From Eledone cirrhosa (Eukaryota), in NCBI GenBank assembly GCA_964016885.1, contig OZ024746.1, positions 60,698,001 to 60,762,000 of the forward strand: a stretch of DNA of 64,000 nt, given 5' to 3'. The notes under the pieces were generated by a model. The model was not told where the DNA came from. It made no database searches and was given only the letters and a program-made list of their open reading frames with translations. Positions 26,390 through 39,653 of the stretch are shown here, in pieces; the stretch's first letter is position 1; the number at the start of each line of letters is the position of its first letter. The translations under genes were made by a program, and so were the position numbers.

Positions 26390-26479
26390 CTGTACAGGAG
26401 TCATTTTTTCAAATTTCAAATCACAAAGAGCGGCTAGAGAAGCTTCGGAAAGAGACAATTTATCCCACGAGTCGTCCAT
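26390..26479 (-). CDS. DDX55: DDX55 coding exon 1 (MDDSWDKLSLSEASLAALCDLKFEKMTPVQ)
   Basis: ATG at 26479, Q-motif MTPVQ, GT donor at 26389; 90 nt. Confidence 0.93.
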
Positions 26480-26640
26480 GATTGACTAGAGGAATGTTAC
26501 CTTAGTTTTAGAGAGTTCTATTCTCGTCGTTCATCGTATCCCTCGAGAACTACAGACGCCGACTTAGCTGATAGCGTGTAGGGATTCCAACAGAAAACTT
26601 CGACCGTTCATCATAAAACTGGAATAGCGGCATAGAACAA
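26480..26640 (-). promoter_or_regulatory. DDX55 5' UTR / proximal promoter
   Basis: Short CpG-rich unique stretch directly upstream of the ATG, bounded by a SINE; TSS not determinable. Confidence 0.5.
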
Positions 26641-27489
26641 ATAATTATTTCTACTATTGGCACAAGGCCAGCAATTACTCCAGTACATTACTGGTACTTT
26701 ATTTTATCGACCCCGTAAGGATGAAAGGCAAAGTGAACCACGGCGGGATTTGAACTCACACCATAAAGGGGCCTAAATCTATGCTGCAAAGCATGGTGTC
26801 CGACCTTCTACTGATACTGCCAATCCCCCAAGCATCGGTAACATTTGTTTGTGCATGGATGCCATTTGTTCCGTATTCTCTTCCCATAAAAATATAAGGT
26901 CTTGAAAGAAGAAAAATCAACAGATTTTTAAAACATTGATTTATTTTTGCTATAGTTTGTAGGGAAAGTAAATAGTCAATTGAATTGATCCTAGTTTTTT
27001 TGCTAGTACTTAATTTACTTGAGCACCACATGTATGAGAAGTCAACAATGTTCATCTTGTTACCAAATCTATATTATGCATGTGAGCAATGCATCTCATT
27101 TGGGAATGGCCCAGTACATCTGTAGTTGCTGTTAAGATTTGTCGGGGTCACCAAATGTAGCGACCAGCTGTGTAGATTGTATTAGGGATTAGGTTGGTCA
27201 GTATTTCATTGTAGTGTGGCAGAATTTGTAGTAGTAATTGTTGGCTTGATGGGTGGTTTCGTTACTTGCTCTTTCTCATATAAAGTGTGAGAATGTTAGT
27301 GACTTATGGCAGATGAATTGTGTGTGTGTGTCGGTGAATCGACATGTGTGGTTGTCATAACTCAGGTTCTCAAAATGAGCAAACCCCCCCCCCCTACCTC
27401 ACAGGGCGGGGGGCGCTGGGATCTGAAATAATAGTATATCAAAGGGGGATATAATAGTGTATTAATATAATATATAAATTCATTGAACA

Positions 27490-27800
27490 ATAATGATAAA
27501 GGAAAGAAAAAAGAGGGGGGACAATTCATCACCAAGTGCGATAACCGCACCTCACACCTTGAGGCAAGTCAACATGCTCGCAGCATTACCACGGGTGATG
27601 GCGAGGCTAAGGCACTGAAATAATCAGACACCTTCACGGGCATCACGTGGCACCTCAGTGAGGTGAACCGCCAGTGATGACAAGAACCTCGCTGCCAGCG
27701 GCCCAACTCCATTGAACATCTCGAATGCCGCAATCTGGAAAAAATAATTATTTGATAAGTCCTGGTATTTCCGAATTTTATTCCGTCCGGCAGCGAAATA
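27490..27800 (-). mobile_element. CRE-like (RLE) non-LTR element C-terminal fragment
   Basis: Minus frame reads KIRKYQDLSNNYFFQIAAFEMFNGVGP...LSLAITRGNAASML, resembling the RLE C-terminal IQRGNA motif. Confidence 0.7.
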
Positions 27801-28049
27801 TACAGTGTGTAAATAATTGTTTCTACTTTTGGCACAAGGCCAGCAATTATCTCAGTGTATTACTGGTACTTTATTTTATCGACCCCTTAAGGATGAAAGG
27901 CAAAGTTAACCTCGGTGTGTTTTGAACTCAGTCCGTAAAGGGACGTAACTGTGCTGCAAAGCATGGCGTCCGACCCTCTACCGATACTGCCAATCCATGT
28001 AAATAATATATTAATAAAATCGTTAATTTAAATGTAATAAATAATATAA

Positions 28050-28871
28050 TCTATATATCTAAAACAGAGAATGTCTGTCTGTCTGTCCCCCTAAAACTCG
28101 AGAACCACCCAACCGATTTTTTTCAAACTTTACTTATGGTCGTGTGAGTGTTTTGAGCAAAAAATATTTCAAATATTCAATGCCCTAGAGACCGCATTAG
28201 GCGAAAAACCGCATATTTTAGGCTTTAAAGGCTTTTTTTTTAGGCATAACGGAACTATAATCCAAGCGATTTCTTAAAAATTTGCATTGCTTATGTCGTT
28301 TAAAGTGTTTTGAGCAAAAACGATTTTCTCATTTTTAGCCCCAGGGACCGCATTTGGCAAAAAACCGATTTTTTGAAGTGTTAGGGCCTATAGCTCGAGA
28401 AGTACCCAACGGATTTTTTTCTAAACTTTGCATATGCATTACTTATGTTTCATAAATTTTCAAGACTGAAAAAGATTTCAAATTTTTGCCCGGGGACCGT
28501 ATTGTTTAGCATTTTGGTTGCGTTAGGGCCTGTAACCTTAAAAGTATCCAACTAAATTCCTTCAAGCTCTCTATCACTGCAGTCGTATATGCTTACTGCT
28601 CTGTAACTATTGCTTTCATTGTACCATAGCACAACAAATACATGTTCGGTTTGTCGAATGCCTATTTACTTAACCCTATCGTCTTGGCTTTCGTGGGTTG
28701 AACATTTTACTTTCAGGCACCCAATTAAGTTAAACCCTTGGTAATCTACGACGAATTTTTTTTATAAGCACAAAATGTAGACACCATTCCCAGCTGTACT
28801 GTTTCAGAAAGGAGGGATAAACATGCTAATCTATGTTTAGAATCCCGAGCAACGCCGGGCCATTCTGCTAG
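28050..28871 (+). mobile_element. Non-autonomous Helitron
   Basis: 5' TC, subterminal hairpin CCCGAGCAACGCCGGG, 3' CTAG, inserted between A and T. Confidence 0.85.
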
Positions 28872-28931
28872 TATATACTAAATATAAACAAATATATATT
28901 TATTTATATTTAGTATATATTATATTATATT

Positions 28932-29202
28932 AGTATGTACACGTACATACATATATGTATACAGACGTACAGTAGTATGTATATATATATACATACATGC
29001 ACACATATATGTATGTACGTATGGATTCACAAACAAACATCCCGTATTAAGCATACGGCTTAATACGGGATGTTTGTTTACAAACACACCGAGCATTATA
29101 ATAAATGTTCGGTGAATCCATACGTACATTTATATATGTATGTATATATATATACATACTACTGTACGTCTGTATACATATATGTGTGTACGTGTACATA
29201 CT
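28932..29202. repeat. Long inverted repeat enclosing two internal hairpins
   Basis: Arms AGTATGTACACGTACA...GTACGTATGGATTCAC / GTGAATCCATACGTAC...TGTACGTGTACATACT. Confidence 0.9.
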
Positions 29203-31111
29203 TATATTTAAGTAACAGCCGTACTAAGAGTGGGAAATGAAATTTCGTTTCATTTTTTCCGTTTATATTATATTATTTATTATATATAAATTAACGATTT
29301 TATTTATCATTTACAATTTGCGTGGAGGCTGGTCTCTCTAGAAATAGGGTTGGGGCGCTGAGGGTAATACGTGGCTGTGAGAGGAGGAGGCAAAAAGTTT
29401 AAGCACCTCTGCCATAGCTGGAGTTGAAAGATGAACGTTTGAAGTGACATTGCCAATATTCGATGAACAATAAGAAATGTTGCTACATTAATAATTTTTT
29501 ATCAAGAAATAACTTACGATGAAGTTATTATAAACAAAGATAGAGGGCGGTGGATTGGCAGTATCCATCTGGTTGATGTAATAAGTATCAATCAAATATT
29601 TGGCTTGATTTAACTGACCGTACTTCTTGCCAACAAATTTATTATCTATGTCAGGGGTCAGAAAAATATGACCTGCAGCTCCATTTCATCCAGTCCACGG
29701 TCTTCATTGAATGTGTGATGATACATACAAACATTCTTTATTTCTTTATCAATTTTGACCCTTTGCAGCACTAACTTCAACAAACTGGTCAGCCATTTCA
29801 TCATCGACCAATCAGATTGTCTTCATAAGGCTCAAAAAGTTTCTGTGTACCATTTGTGTATATTTCTTTTACCATAGCTTTGGGTTGACTAAAGCCACTG
29901 AGTGAAATTAGGTAGATAACAACTGTGTGGAAACTTGTTGGATTTATTCTACCTGTAATTCAAAAGTCCAGCCTTGTCACACATTGTGTCATACTGAATC
30001 TTCCTGAGAATTATGTAAAGAGTACACGTGTCTGTGGAATACTCAGACATTTACACTACAATACAAGATGGACTGATCCTGTAATTCGAAGGTCCAGCCT
30101 TGTCACACTGTGTCATGTTCATTTTGTCTGAGAATTATATTAAGGGTACACATGTCTGTGGAATACTGAGGCATTTACATGTTAGTTTAATGAGTAAGAT
30201 GTTCAGTTGATTATAAAACTAAATATTTATTGTTAAAACAGATCATGTTCTGTGCCAAAGTTAGAAATCTTTATGGTTCAAATAGGTAAAAACGTTTGAG
30301 AATGTTATTATCACAGCTCAGAAAAAAGTTTGGCATAGCTCTATGCAAATTGCCAGTTATATAACAAACGATATTCAACATTGGTGGCTCTACCCATCTT
30401 TCAAACCCATTAAAGATAATAATTTAAAAAAACAAAACAAATAGATTAACCGATTTAAAAACAGCTCTCACATTTCAACTGTACACACCATGGATGAATG
30501 AGTGAATAATATAAAATTCCCGAACACCAATTATACACATAACATCCTGTATCCTGTTACTATTTTCCCTGCTTTTCTATGTTAAAATTGCTGTTTTGTC
30601 TTCTCTATGTAACATATTTAGATCTATCAGTCCAAAAATCCAATAAATTTATCAGTGGAAGGACAATAACACAGTTAAAAATAGCTAAAAATATTGACAA
30701 CAAACTTATTTCTACATATAACTAATGTTATATTGTTACATTTTACCCTTCCATTTCCAAATCTGCATAATGTAGTACACTAGAATTTGCTAAGACTTAC
30801 ACTACCATAAGCAATAAAGATATTGAGATGATCATACATGTTAGAAAAATCCTACTTTTTAACAGATTCCATCTAAATCAAGAAATTCAATTTAGGTGGT
30901 AATCAAATATGAATATAAGATTTTGTGAGAGCTTTGAGATATGTGACCTTGAAGGATTAAACAGTCTTGATGTACTAAATAAGAAATTTAACAAAATAAG
31001 GAACTAAACAAAAAAAAATAGTTAGCTATATCAAAAAACTTTATTAATAACATCAGTAGAAGGAAATCCAATTTGTCATCAAGCAAAGAAATCTTTAACC
31101 AGGTACTCCTT

Positions 31112-31460
31112 TACTACTTCTTCTTTTCTTATCTTCGAAGCATGTGGTTATATGACAGTTTCCCATTTCTTTACACAGTCCTTTGCATTATTATTAAAAT
31201 CTGCGAGATCTTTTAAGCTGCACTGGTTGGGTAGTAGAGGGCAAACAAGGCAGTGCTGCATTGTATGGTCCTCCTCTCCGCATTCGCAGATGGTTGGGCC
31301 GGTCTTGTAGCCCCATCTGGCCATAGCAGCTTTTGATCACCCCTTGACCCATGGTGTTCTGAGCCAGGAGGGAGGGCTTCAGAAGGGGGGATTCCCATGT
31401 CAATAGGAGGGGAGTCATTCTCTAGCTTTCTAGTCCATAGCTGTAGTCTGGTTTCTTCCT
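31112..31460 (-). mobile_element. Ingi/Vingi-like LINE 3' fragment
   Basis: PSEALPPGSEH, then SKAAMARWGYKTGPTICECGEEDHTMQHCLVCP (zinc knuckle)...WETVI-stop, GAA-rich tail. Confidence 0.75.
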
Positions 31461-31496
31461 TTACTATAATAATACCTTACTAGCTCACAGATTTAA

Positions 31497-31717
31497 CCCT
31501 TTAGCATTTAAACCGGCCATATCCGGCTAGAATTCTCTCTCCTTTCTGTTCAAACCAGCTGTAACCGGCCACTCATACTGATGTTAAGGTATTGTTCTCA
31601 AATTAAATAATATCAAAGTCTCATAGATTTGATATTATGTGTCAGATAATTATGTAAAGTAAAGCATTTACTGTGAAAATATAATAGTAAATATAGAGTA
31701 ATGTAAATGCTAAAGGG
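31497..31717. mobile_element. piggyBac-type TTAA MITE of about 220 bp, representative of about 19 copies (near 7745, 8290, 9968, 10907, 13040, 16580, 25282, 37075, 41368, 41995, 43052, 44695, 52076, 53258, 55257, 55637, 57880, 58566)
   Basis: TTAA duplication and TIR CCCTTTAGCATTTA...TAAATGCTAAAGGG. Confidence 0.88.
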
Positions 31718-32094
31718 TTAAGGATAAAAATACTTAGACCCTAGTATTCTCTTTATAGTCTAAGAAGAGTCATCAATATATTCTATGGTTTACACCCCTT
31801 TTTATTAAATGTTAAGTTTAATATTGTCAAAAGCTTCCTGGCCTTCCTCACTAACTATTAATATAGAAAACTATTGAACAAGCAAAATCTTAAGTTACGT
31901 TATAGTTGCACCACCCATATGCAGAATAGTTTATTCCATACATACCACAAAATAACACAGGTTAACTGTTAATATAGAAACACCAACACGCACTCACTAC
32001 ATATGTTTTGAGGTTACTTCTACTAAACCAAACTATGATGTGCTACATAAATGCATGACTAAGAAATTTAAATGTGACTAACATCACCATCATG

Positions 32095-32471
32095 CTGGTG
32101 TAACAATATAATACAACCAGTACACTGTAAAATGGTAATGCTGGTTTTGGTGTCACAATAGAATACAACCAGTACACTCTGTAAAATGGTAATGCTAGCG
32201 TCACAATAAAATATAACCAGTACACTCTGTAAAATGGTAATGCTAGTGTTGGTGTCACAATAAAGTACAACCAGTAGACACTGTAAAATGGTAAGGCTGA
32301 TGTCTAATAATATACAACCAGTAGACTCTGTAAAATGGTAATGCTATTGTCACAATAGAATATAACCAGTACACTCTGTAAAATGGTAATGCTAGTGTCA
32401 CAATATAACCAGTACACTCTGTAAAATGGTAATGCTAGTGTCACAATATAACCAGTACACTCTGTAAAATG
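32095..32471. repeat. Minisatellite related to 5400-5945, opposite orientation; resumes at 35143-35240 after the CR1
   Basis: Unit AACCAGTACACTCTGTAAAATGGTAATGCTAGTGTCACAAT. Confidence 0.88.
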
Positions 32472-35142
32472 TTTTCATTGCAGGAGACTTCAATCACCCT
32501 GAGATTGACTGGGAAACCTTTCGTTGGCTGCCAAGTGCAAATGACTTCCTTGAGCTAGTGCTGGACTCGATTTGGTCCCAAGTAGTCACCTCCCCAACAA
32601 GAGGTGACAACACTTTGGACCTACTCTTCACCACTACTCCTGAAACGGTCATTAGTGTTACTACTGAGGAACCTTTAGGTGACTCTGATCATGGTATGAT
32701 CATTGCCAATGTATCCCTCATGGGCAGTAACAAGAACCACAACCATCTCCAAACTGCTCACTTTGACTGGAATAAAGCAGACTGGAACTGTTACTGCACC
32801 GAGTTGCAACGGCCAAACTGGCTTGAGTTCTACGGCTCTGGAGATGTCAACACTGTACTCCAGGACATCCTGAGCTCAATATGGACAGCATGTGCAGCAT
32901 CGGTGCCACATAAGCAGAAAAAACATCCAAAAAGTGCAATTTGGGAGACTGCAGCAGTCCATCTTGCCAGAAAAGAACGTCGCAATGCTGAACGTGAGTA
33001 CAAACTTCACAAATCAGACATTAATAGGAAGATGCGAAATAGATCGTCCAACCACCTCAAAAAAGGCAGTGCTTCAATTTGAGCAGCGCATAGCAACCAG
33101 CCCTGACAGTAAGGTGTTCTGGAAGTATGTTCACTCAAAGCAGAGACCTCACTCTCCAGTTGGTCCTCTTCACAATCCCCACACAAGCCAGGTTACTGAC
33201 GACCCCAAGGAATGCGCAGAGCTCATTGCTGAATGCTCTGCAGGCATTTTCACTATTGAAGACCAGAGTGTATCATCTCCACCACCTATGACACCGGACT
33301 CATTACAACCATGGAATTTACACCTGCAATGCTGTGACGTTACCTAAAAAATAAACGCAACCATGCTTCTCCTGGTCTTGATGGTACTTCCTTCTGCACC
33401 AGTTATCACGCTTCTTCCAATTCTGTCTGAACAACGGTGCAACTCCAGAACAGTGGAAAACTGCCAGTGTCATTCCTCTGTTCAAAAAGGGTGACCGCAC
33501 ATCACCTGTGAACTATCGTCCAGTCAGTCTTACTAGTTGCATTGCCAAACTGATGGAATCCTGTGTCAGAGAAACACTTTGGAACTTCTGGAACTCTCAC
33601 AGTCTTATCCGGCGCTCGCAATTTGGATTTATCCCCAACTCCAGCTGCTGTGATCAACTTATTGAGTTTCTTGAAGACATCACCTGGATCACCGATGGCG
33701 GCTCATGGGTGGATGTTGTTTACCTTGACTTTGCGAAAGCTTTCAATTCTGTGCCACACAAAAGGCTTATGGCAAAACTCTCTGCAATGGGTGTGAAGGA
33801 TGATCTTTTTAACTGGTTAAAGTCTTTCATTCTCAGTCAAAGAGTTCATTCACGGTTCTGGGACAGCATTCCTCACCATATGAGATGCTATCTGGTGTAC
33901 CACAGGGATCTGTTCTTGGCCCCCTTTTGTTTGTGGCATATATTAATGACATAGATGCCAACTTAAAGAATGCCACTGTACTAAAGTACGCAGATGACAT
34001 CAAGCTGTACCTTGAGATAAAAAGGACAGATCCTGAACACTATAGATCTTGATTGCAGTCTGACCTGGACACAATGCAACAATGGATCTCAGACTAGCAA
34101 CTCAAGCTAGCTGTGGACAAGTGCACCACCATGCATTTTGGGAGTAAAAACCCAGCGTTCACATACTCCCTCCACAGCACTAATATCAAGAAGTCTTCTT
34201 GTGAACGTGACCTGGGCATTACTGTCAACAGCGATTTGCGTTGGATGAAGCACGTCTCTAAAATTGTCAAGAGGGCCAGGTGTCTTAGCATCACTCAGCA
34301 AGACCCTTGTCAGCCGCTCTCCAGCTATCTATTTAAGGCTGTACATGGCTATGGTGCGGCCACACTTAGAATTTGCATCACCAGTCTGGAACCCCTATCT
34401 TGCTCAGAACATTGACCACCTGGAAATTGTTCAAAGACGTGCAACCAAGTGAATACCCTCCATCAGGCATCTACCATACTCTGAGCGCCTTGCTTCCCTG
34501 GGCATGGATACATTGAAGCTCCTGCATCTGGCAACTGACTTGGTAAACACCCATAAAATTGTTAACCATCTTGCCAACAACAACCTTGAGTACTTTTTTG
34601 ATTTCCATGTGTCTAACACACGTGGGCATGCCCACAAAGTCAGAAAACAGTACAGTTCCCATGACTTTCGGAAACATTTTTTCACGCTCAGGGTTGCTGA
34701 AGCATGGAACAAACTACCTACATCGGTTGTTAGCTGTCGAGACACTGCATCCTTTAAGGCTTCCATGCTTCCCAAGATTCGCCAACACTACACCTAATGT
34801 TCCATACACACATGTATATCATGACTCATACACTATTCACTTCCCTGACATTTGTGTATTATTCTATGTACTAAGGCGGTGGATTGGCAGTATCGGTAGA
34901 GGGTCGGACGCCATGCTTTCCAGCATAGTTACGTCCCTTTACGATCTGAGTTCAAATCCCGCCGAGGTTGACTTTGCCTTTCATCCTTACGGGGTCGATA
35001 ACATAAAGTACCAGTAATGCACTGGGTAATTGCTGGCCTTGTGCCTAAAGTAGAAACAATTATTCTATGTACTATACATGCACCTTTGACAAGTTGTAGT
35101 GCACCTGAGCACTTTACACAATAATTTCATTATTATTATTAT
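32472..35142 (+). mobile_element. CR1-type LINE, 5'-truncated, inserted in a minisatellite
   Basis: GDFNHPEIDW endonuclease, NYRPVSLTS, YLDFAKAF, KYADD, RPHLEFASPVWNP, (ATT)n tail, TAAAATG duplication at both ends. Confidence 0.93.
34874..35058 (+). mobile_element. tRNA-derived SINE family A, young copy (others near 485, 19150, 25600, 26640, 27812, 36772, 45520, 47650, 53510, 57555, 58680)
   Basis: A box TGGCAGTATCGG, B box GAGTTCAAATCC, core GCCTTTCATCCTTACGGGGTCGATAA, 16-bp TSD ATTATTCTATGTACTA. Confidence 0.92.
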
Positions 35143-35384
35143 TAAAATGGCACTGCTGGTGTCACAATATAAACAGTACACTCTGTAAAATGGTAATGCT
35201 GGTGTCACAACAGAATAAAACCAGTAGACTGTAGAATGGTTGACATTTGTCTGACCTGTCCCACTGATGTCAACATGGAAAGTGGATGTAAAATGATAAT
35301 GATGGTAACAGACACAGAAAAAGTGTTATAACTAATTCTTTCTCAAATTATGGTTAACTTTTCTCTTCTACTTTCAGTTATAAA

Positions 35385-35780
35385 GAACATGCAAACACAT
35401 ACGTACATACAACTATACATACACATACATACATTCATATAAACATACATATATTCATACAAATATACATACAAGAATATATACACATAAGCATTCATAC
35501 AAATGTGCAGATACACACATATACACATGCACAAGCATACATATGCACAGACACTATTAATAAATATGTGTGTGTATGTGTATGTCTCTGTGTGTGTATA
35601 TACATACACACATACATACACACATACATGCATATATACATATATACATACACACATATGTACATACACGCACACACATACATATATACATACACACACA
35701 TACATACCTTCATACATACATACATACACATACATACATACATACACACACACATACATACATACATACAAACATACATA
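35385..35780. repeat. (CATA/CA)n low-complexity tract
   Basis: Direct inspection; source of spurious ORFs. Confidence 0.9.
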
Positions 35781-37719
35781 ATGTTGAATGATATATTTTT
35801 AATTTAGCGAATAACAGCTGCTGGTGACATTGTCAAGGTCATGGACTATATCAGGACCAAGGTCACACTCCTCCCCACCTCACCAAGGTCAAAGGTAAAA
35901 GTTAATAATACCATCTATGACGTTATCTTAGCAAGGGGATGGATGGGATTGAAGATAGGTGGTTGTGATGGTGGTGAGTGGGGTGGAAAGGTGTGTGATA
36001 AATACCATTTGCTTACTGCTTTCTTACAATATTTCTTTGTTTGTGTCCGTGTGTGTACATATGTGTGTGTGTGCATATGTGTGATGTATTTTATTTGTAT
36101 GCTTGTGTTAGTGAGTATGTGTGGGTGTATTAGTCTGCTTGTATGTGTACATGTATGTACACATACATGTGTGTGGGTGTATTAGTCTGCTTGTATGTGT
36201 TATGCATGTACTTTTATAAGAATGTATGTATGTGTCTAACAATCCACATATGAATGTGTGTATGCATAGGAAGATGTAAATATGAATGTGTTTATATGTC
36301 TGTCTGTCTGTCTCTGTGTATGTATGTATGTATGTCTGACTGTATGTATGTATGTATGTGTCTATGTATGTTTTAGAGTTTATGTTCGTATGTGATGATA
36401 AATGGGTGGTTGTGAGTATGTGTTAGTCTATGTGGTTACATAAATTCTGTGTATGTGTGTGTTGGAAATTTCTGTTATTTAGCCCCATGTTAGCTATGAT
36501 CAAGCAGGCCTATGATAAAAGGTGTTCCAGAAATTATCATCCATCTTTCATATATCATTCATTGTCCATTGTATTTTTATTTATATTAAGTACACCAGGG
36601 GCTTGATTTGAGGGAGATTTGACTGCTATTTCTAGCAGGTCGACTGATCATATAGTTGTTCATATTAGTCTGCTGCTGCTGCTGTTGTTGTTGTTTCTAT
36701 TGTTGTTGTTGTTGTTGTGGTTCTGCTGCTGCTGCTGCTGTTGTTATTATTGTTACAAGGAAGACTTTAAAAATAATTGTTTCTACTTTTTGCACAAGGC
36801 CAGCAATTATCCCAGTGCATTACTAGTACTTTATTTTATTGACCCCGTAAAGATGAAAGGCAAACTTAACCTTGGTGGGATTTGAACTCAGATAATAAAA
36901 GGCCATAACTCTGCTGCAAAGCATGGTGTCCGACCCTCTACCAATACTGCCAATCCACCAAAATAATGAAGTACAACTGAGACAAGTTAGGTTGGCACAG
37001 TTCATTCCTCTCTGATTGTTATTCACAGGAGTAATTACACACCTACTAAGAAACCTATGAAATGTTTTTTTAATCCTTTAATGTTCAAACCGGCCAAAAC
37101 CGGCCAGAATTTATCTACCTCTTTCTGTTGAAACTGGCTGTAACTGGCCACTCATACTGATGTTAAGGTATTGTTTTCAAAATAAATACTTCCAAAATCT
37201 CATAGATTTGATATTATGTGAGATAATTATGCGAGGTAAAGCCTTTACAATGAAAATATAATAGTATATATAGAGTAATGTGAATACTAAAGGGTTAAAA
37301 TTTACATTGCTACCACTACTTACAGTAATGTGTTGTTTAGTCCCATGTGAATCCTGATCGAGCAAATCAATCATTGTGTACCTTGGACCACCTTACATAA
37401 TATATCCCCTCTTTTTTTTTGAGATGTTAAGGTGGGATTTTAGTGATATTTAGTCGCTATTTATAGCAGGTTGAGTGATTATGGCGAAACTCTCTCATTG
37501 GGTTTGGTTCCCTTATATTTTATTTACCATATATACTCGAATATAAATTGATCCAAATATAAGCTGACCCCTTCCCATTTTATGTCTGAGAAATGGACAA
37601 AAATCCAAACTCCATTTATAAGCCGAGACAGCTAATCAACACATTTCTTAGACGGTATATATAAGCTGCATCCCCTTCCCCCCATTTTACCACCAATTTT
37701 GGGGGGTCACGTATTCCTT

Positions 37720-38100
37720 GGCTTATCGAGTACCTTTTTGATTTCCATGTGTTTAACACATGTGGGCATGCCCACAAAATCAGAAAACAGCACAGGTCCC
37801 ATGACTGTCGGATACATTTTTTCATGCTCAGAGTTGCTGAAGCATGGAACAAACTGCCTGCATCAGTTATTAGCTGTCGAGACACTGCATCCTTTAAAAC
37901 CTCCATACTTCCTGAGATTCGCCAACACTACACCTAATATTCCCCCTCCATACACACGCACACATGTATATCATGACTGATACACTATTCACTTCCCTGA
38001 CATTTGTATATTATTCTATGTACTATACATGCACCTTTGATGAGTTGTGTTGCACCTGAGCACTGTACACAATAATTTCATTATTATTATTATTATTATT
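37720..38100 (+). mobile_element. CR1 3' fragment inside a pogo/Tigger-type non-autonomous element (about 37527-38110)
   Basis: Same 3' end as the 32.5 kb copy; host ends TACCATATATACTCG...TATATACGGTA. Confidence 0.85.
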
Positions 38101-38328
38101 ATATACGGTAAGTATTAAGGTTGTAGATACAATTCAGTGCTTATGGTAGGATATACCTGTAGATTTCTCAACTAGTTGCTTGCTTCACTCAATACTTGGT
38201 TTTCCTTGCTTAATACTAACTAAATCTCCCCCATAAACTTCTTTCCTTAGACAGTCTTTCTGTTGTTGTTAGAGTGTTAAATTAATTCCCCAGAAAGATT
38301 TCATCAATGGATGTTGGATATTATAGAT

Positions 38329-38944
38329 CAGAAGTTCTCAAATTTTTTGGGCCACTGCCCCCCCCCCCCCCCCCCCCCCAACGGCCACGTAATACCCTCA
38401 GTGCTCCCCACCCCTATTTTCAGAGACCTGCTTACACGCAAATTATAAATAATATATAATTTTTAAAATCGTTAATTTATATATAATCATCATCATCACC
38501 ATTTTACGTCCATTCTTCCATGCTAGCATGGGTTAGACGAGTTGTCTTGTTGTGGGCAATGCTAGGTCAGGTGACCATGTCTTGCTCATATGGAACTGAT
38601 TTTGGCTTGCTTTCTACAGTTGGATGCCCTTCCTATCACCAACCTCATTTACAGTGAGTGCTGGGTGCTTTTTATCGTGGTGCCTACACGACCACTTTAC
38701 AGTCTGGACTGGGTGCTTTTACGTGTGATGCCTACATGACCACTTTACAGTGGGGCCATACTGTCTATATGCTTCAGCTTTGGTTTGTACCTGTGTATAA
38801 ATAAATATTATATATTTTTTTATTTTATTAAATTTATATATAATGTATCATTTAATATTTAATATACTATTATACCATTTCTAGCGCCCCCTTAGGCCCC
38901 AGCACTCCCCTGGACCTTCTCAATGCCCACTTTGAGAACCTTTG
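38329..38944. mobile_element. hAT MITE containing an antisense SINE
   Basis: Perfect 8-bp TSD TTATAGAT; TIR CAGAAGTTCTCAAA / TTTGAGAACCTTTG. Confidence 0.85.
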
Positions 38945-39611
38945 TTATAGATAAATGGGATTCATGTGACATTACTCCTACTCCTCTCTTACTGACACTC
39001 ATGAGAGAGGTTGAACTCAGTATATCAAGCCTCAAGAATTTCTCAGAACTATTGTTACTCAATGTGATAGATCCTTCTCCTCTCTTTTGTGCCTAATTAC
39101 AACTAGAAGGACTGAGTCATTGAGAGTTAAAGGTCTCAAACATGTAGACAGTGTGAATGCCAACTGCTGAAACAGAATAGTTTTCAAATACCATACTGAT
39201 TTAGGTAATACAGCACTTAATAAACCTTTTAACTCACATTAAAACAAGAACCACATTTATTTATATCCAAATCTTGTTGATGACACACTCAAAATATAGA
39301 TGAATATGGCCATGGCTGTTGATTGTAGACATTTATGAATCAGCTGCCTCTTTGTCATGAATTTAATCAAACAGTGATGACGTTAGTGGTGCAACAACTG
39401 TAATAATAGCTCCACATAACTTATATATAGTTTTACACATAAAATTATATTGTTCCTCACATATTTATTTCCCACCCCTTATTTATTATTATTATTACAC
39501 GCAGAAATGCCCATTTGTACTGTCCTGTATTGTCCTGTACTGTCCTTAATGTCTACTTTATGTAAACCCTTGTGGTTAATAAAGAAAGCATTATTATTAT
39601 TATTATTAAAG

Positions 39612-39651
<40 letters not shown>

Positions 39652-39653
<2 letters not shown>

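Larger units (their letters stand above)
27363..29411. mobile_element. hAT element of the same family as 38329-38944 (opposite orientation), hosting a CRE fragment, SINE, Helitron and fold-back
   Basis: 29290-29411 matches the reverse complement of 38329-38480; degenerate TSD TCATAACT/CCATAGCT. Confidence 0.65.

Noticed and set aside
34874-34965. tRNA gene
   Set aside because: A and B boxes belong to a SINE head; no cloverleaf, and the copy has a tail and TSD
35343-36400. Many overlapping ORFs
   Set aside because: Artefacts of (CA/TA/CATA)n low-complexity tracts; the same applies at 21.9-22.3 kb and 54-55 kb
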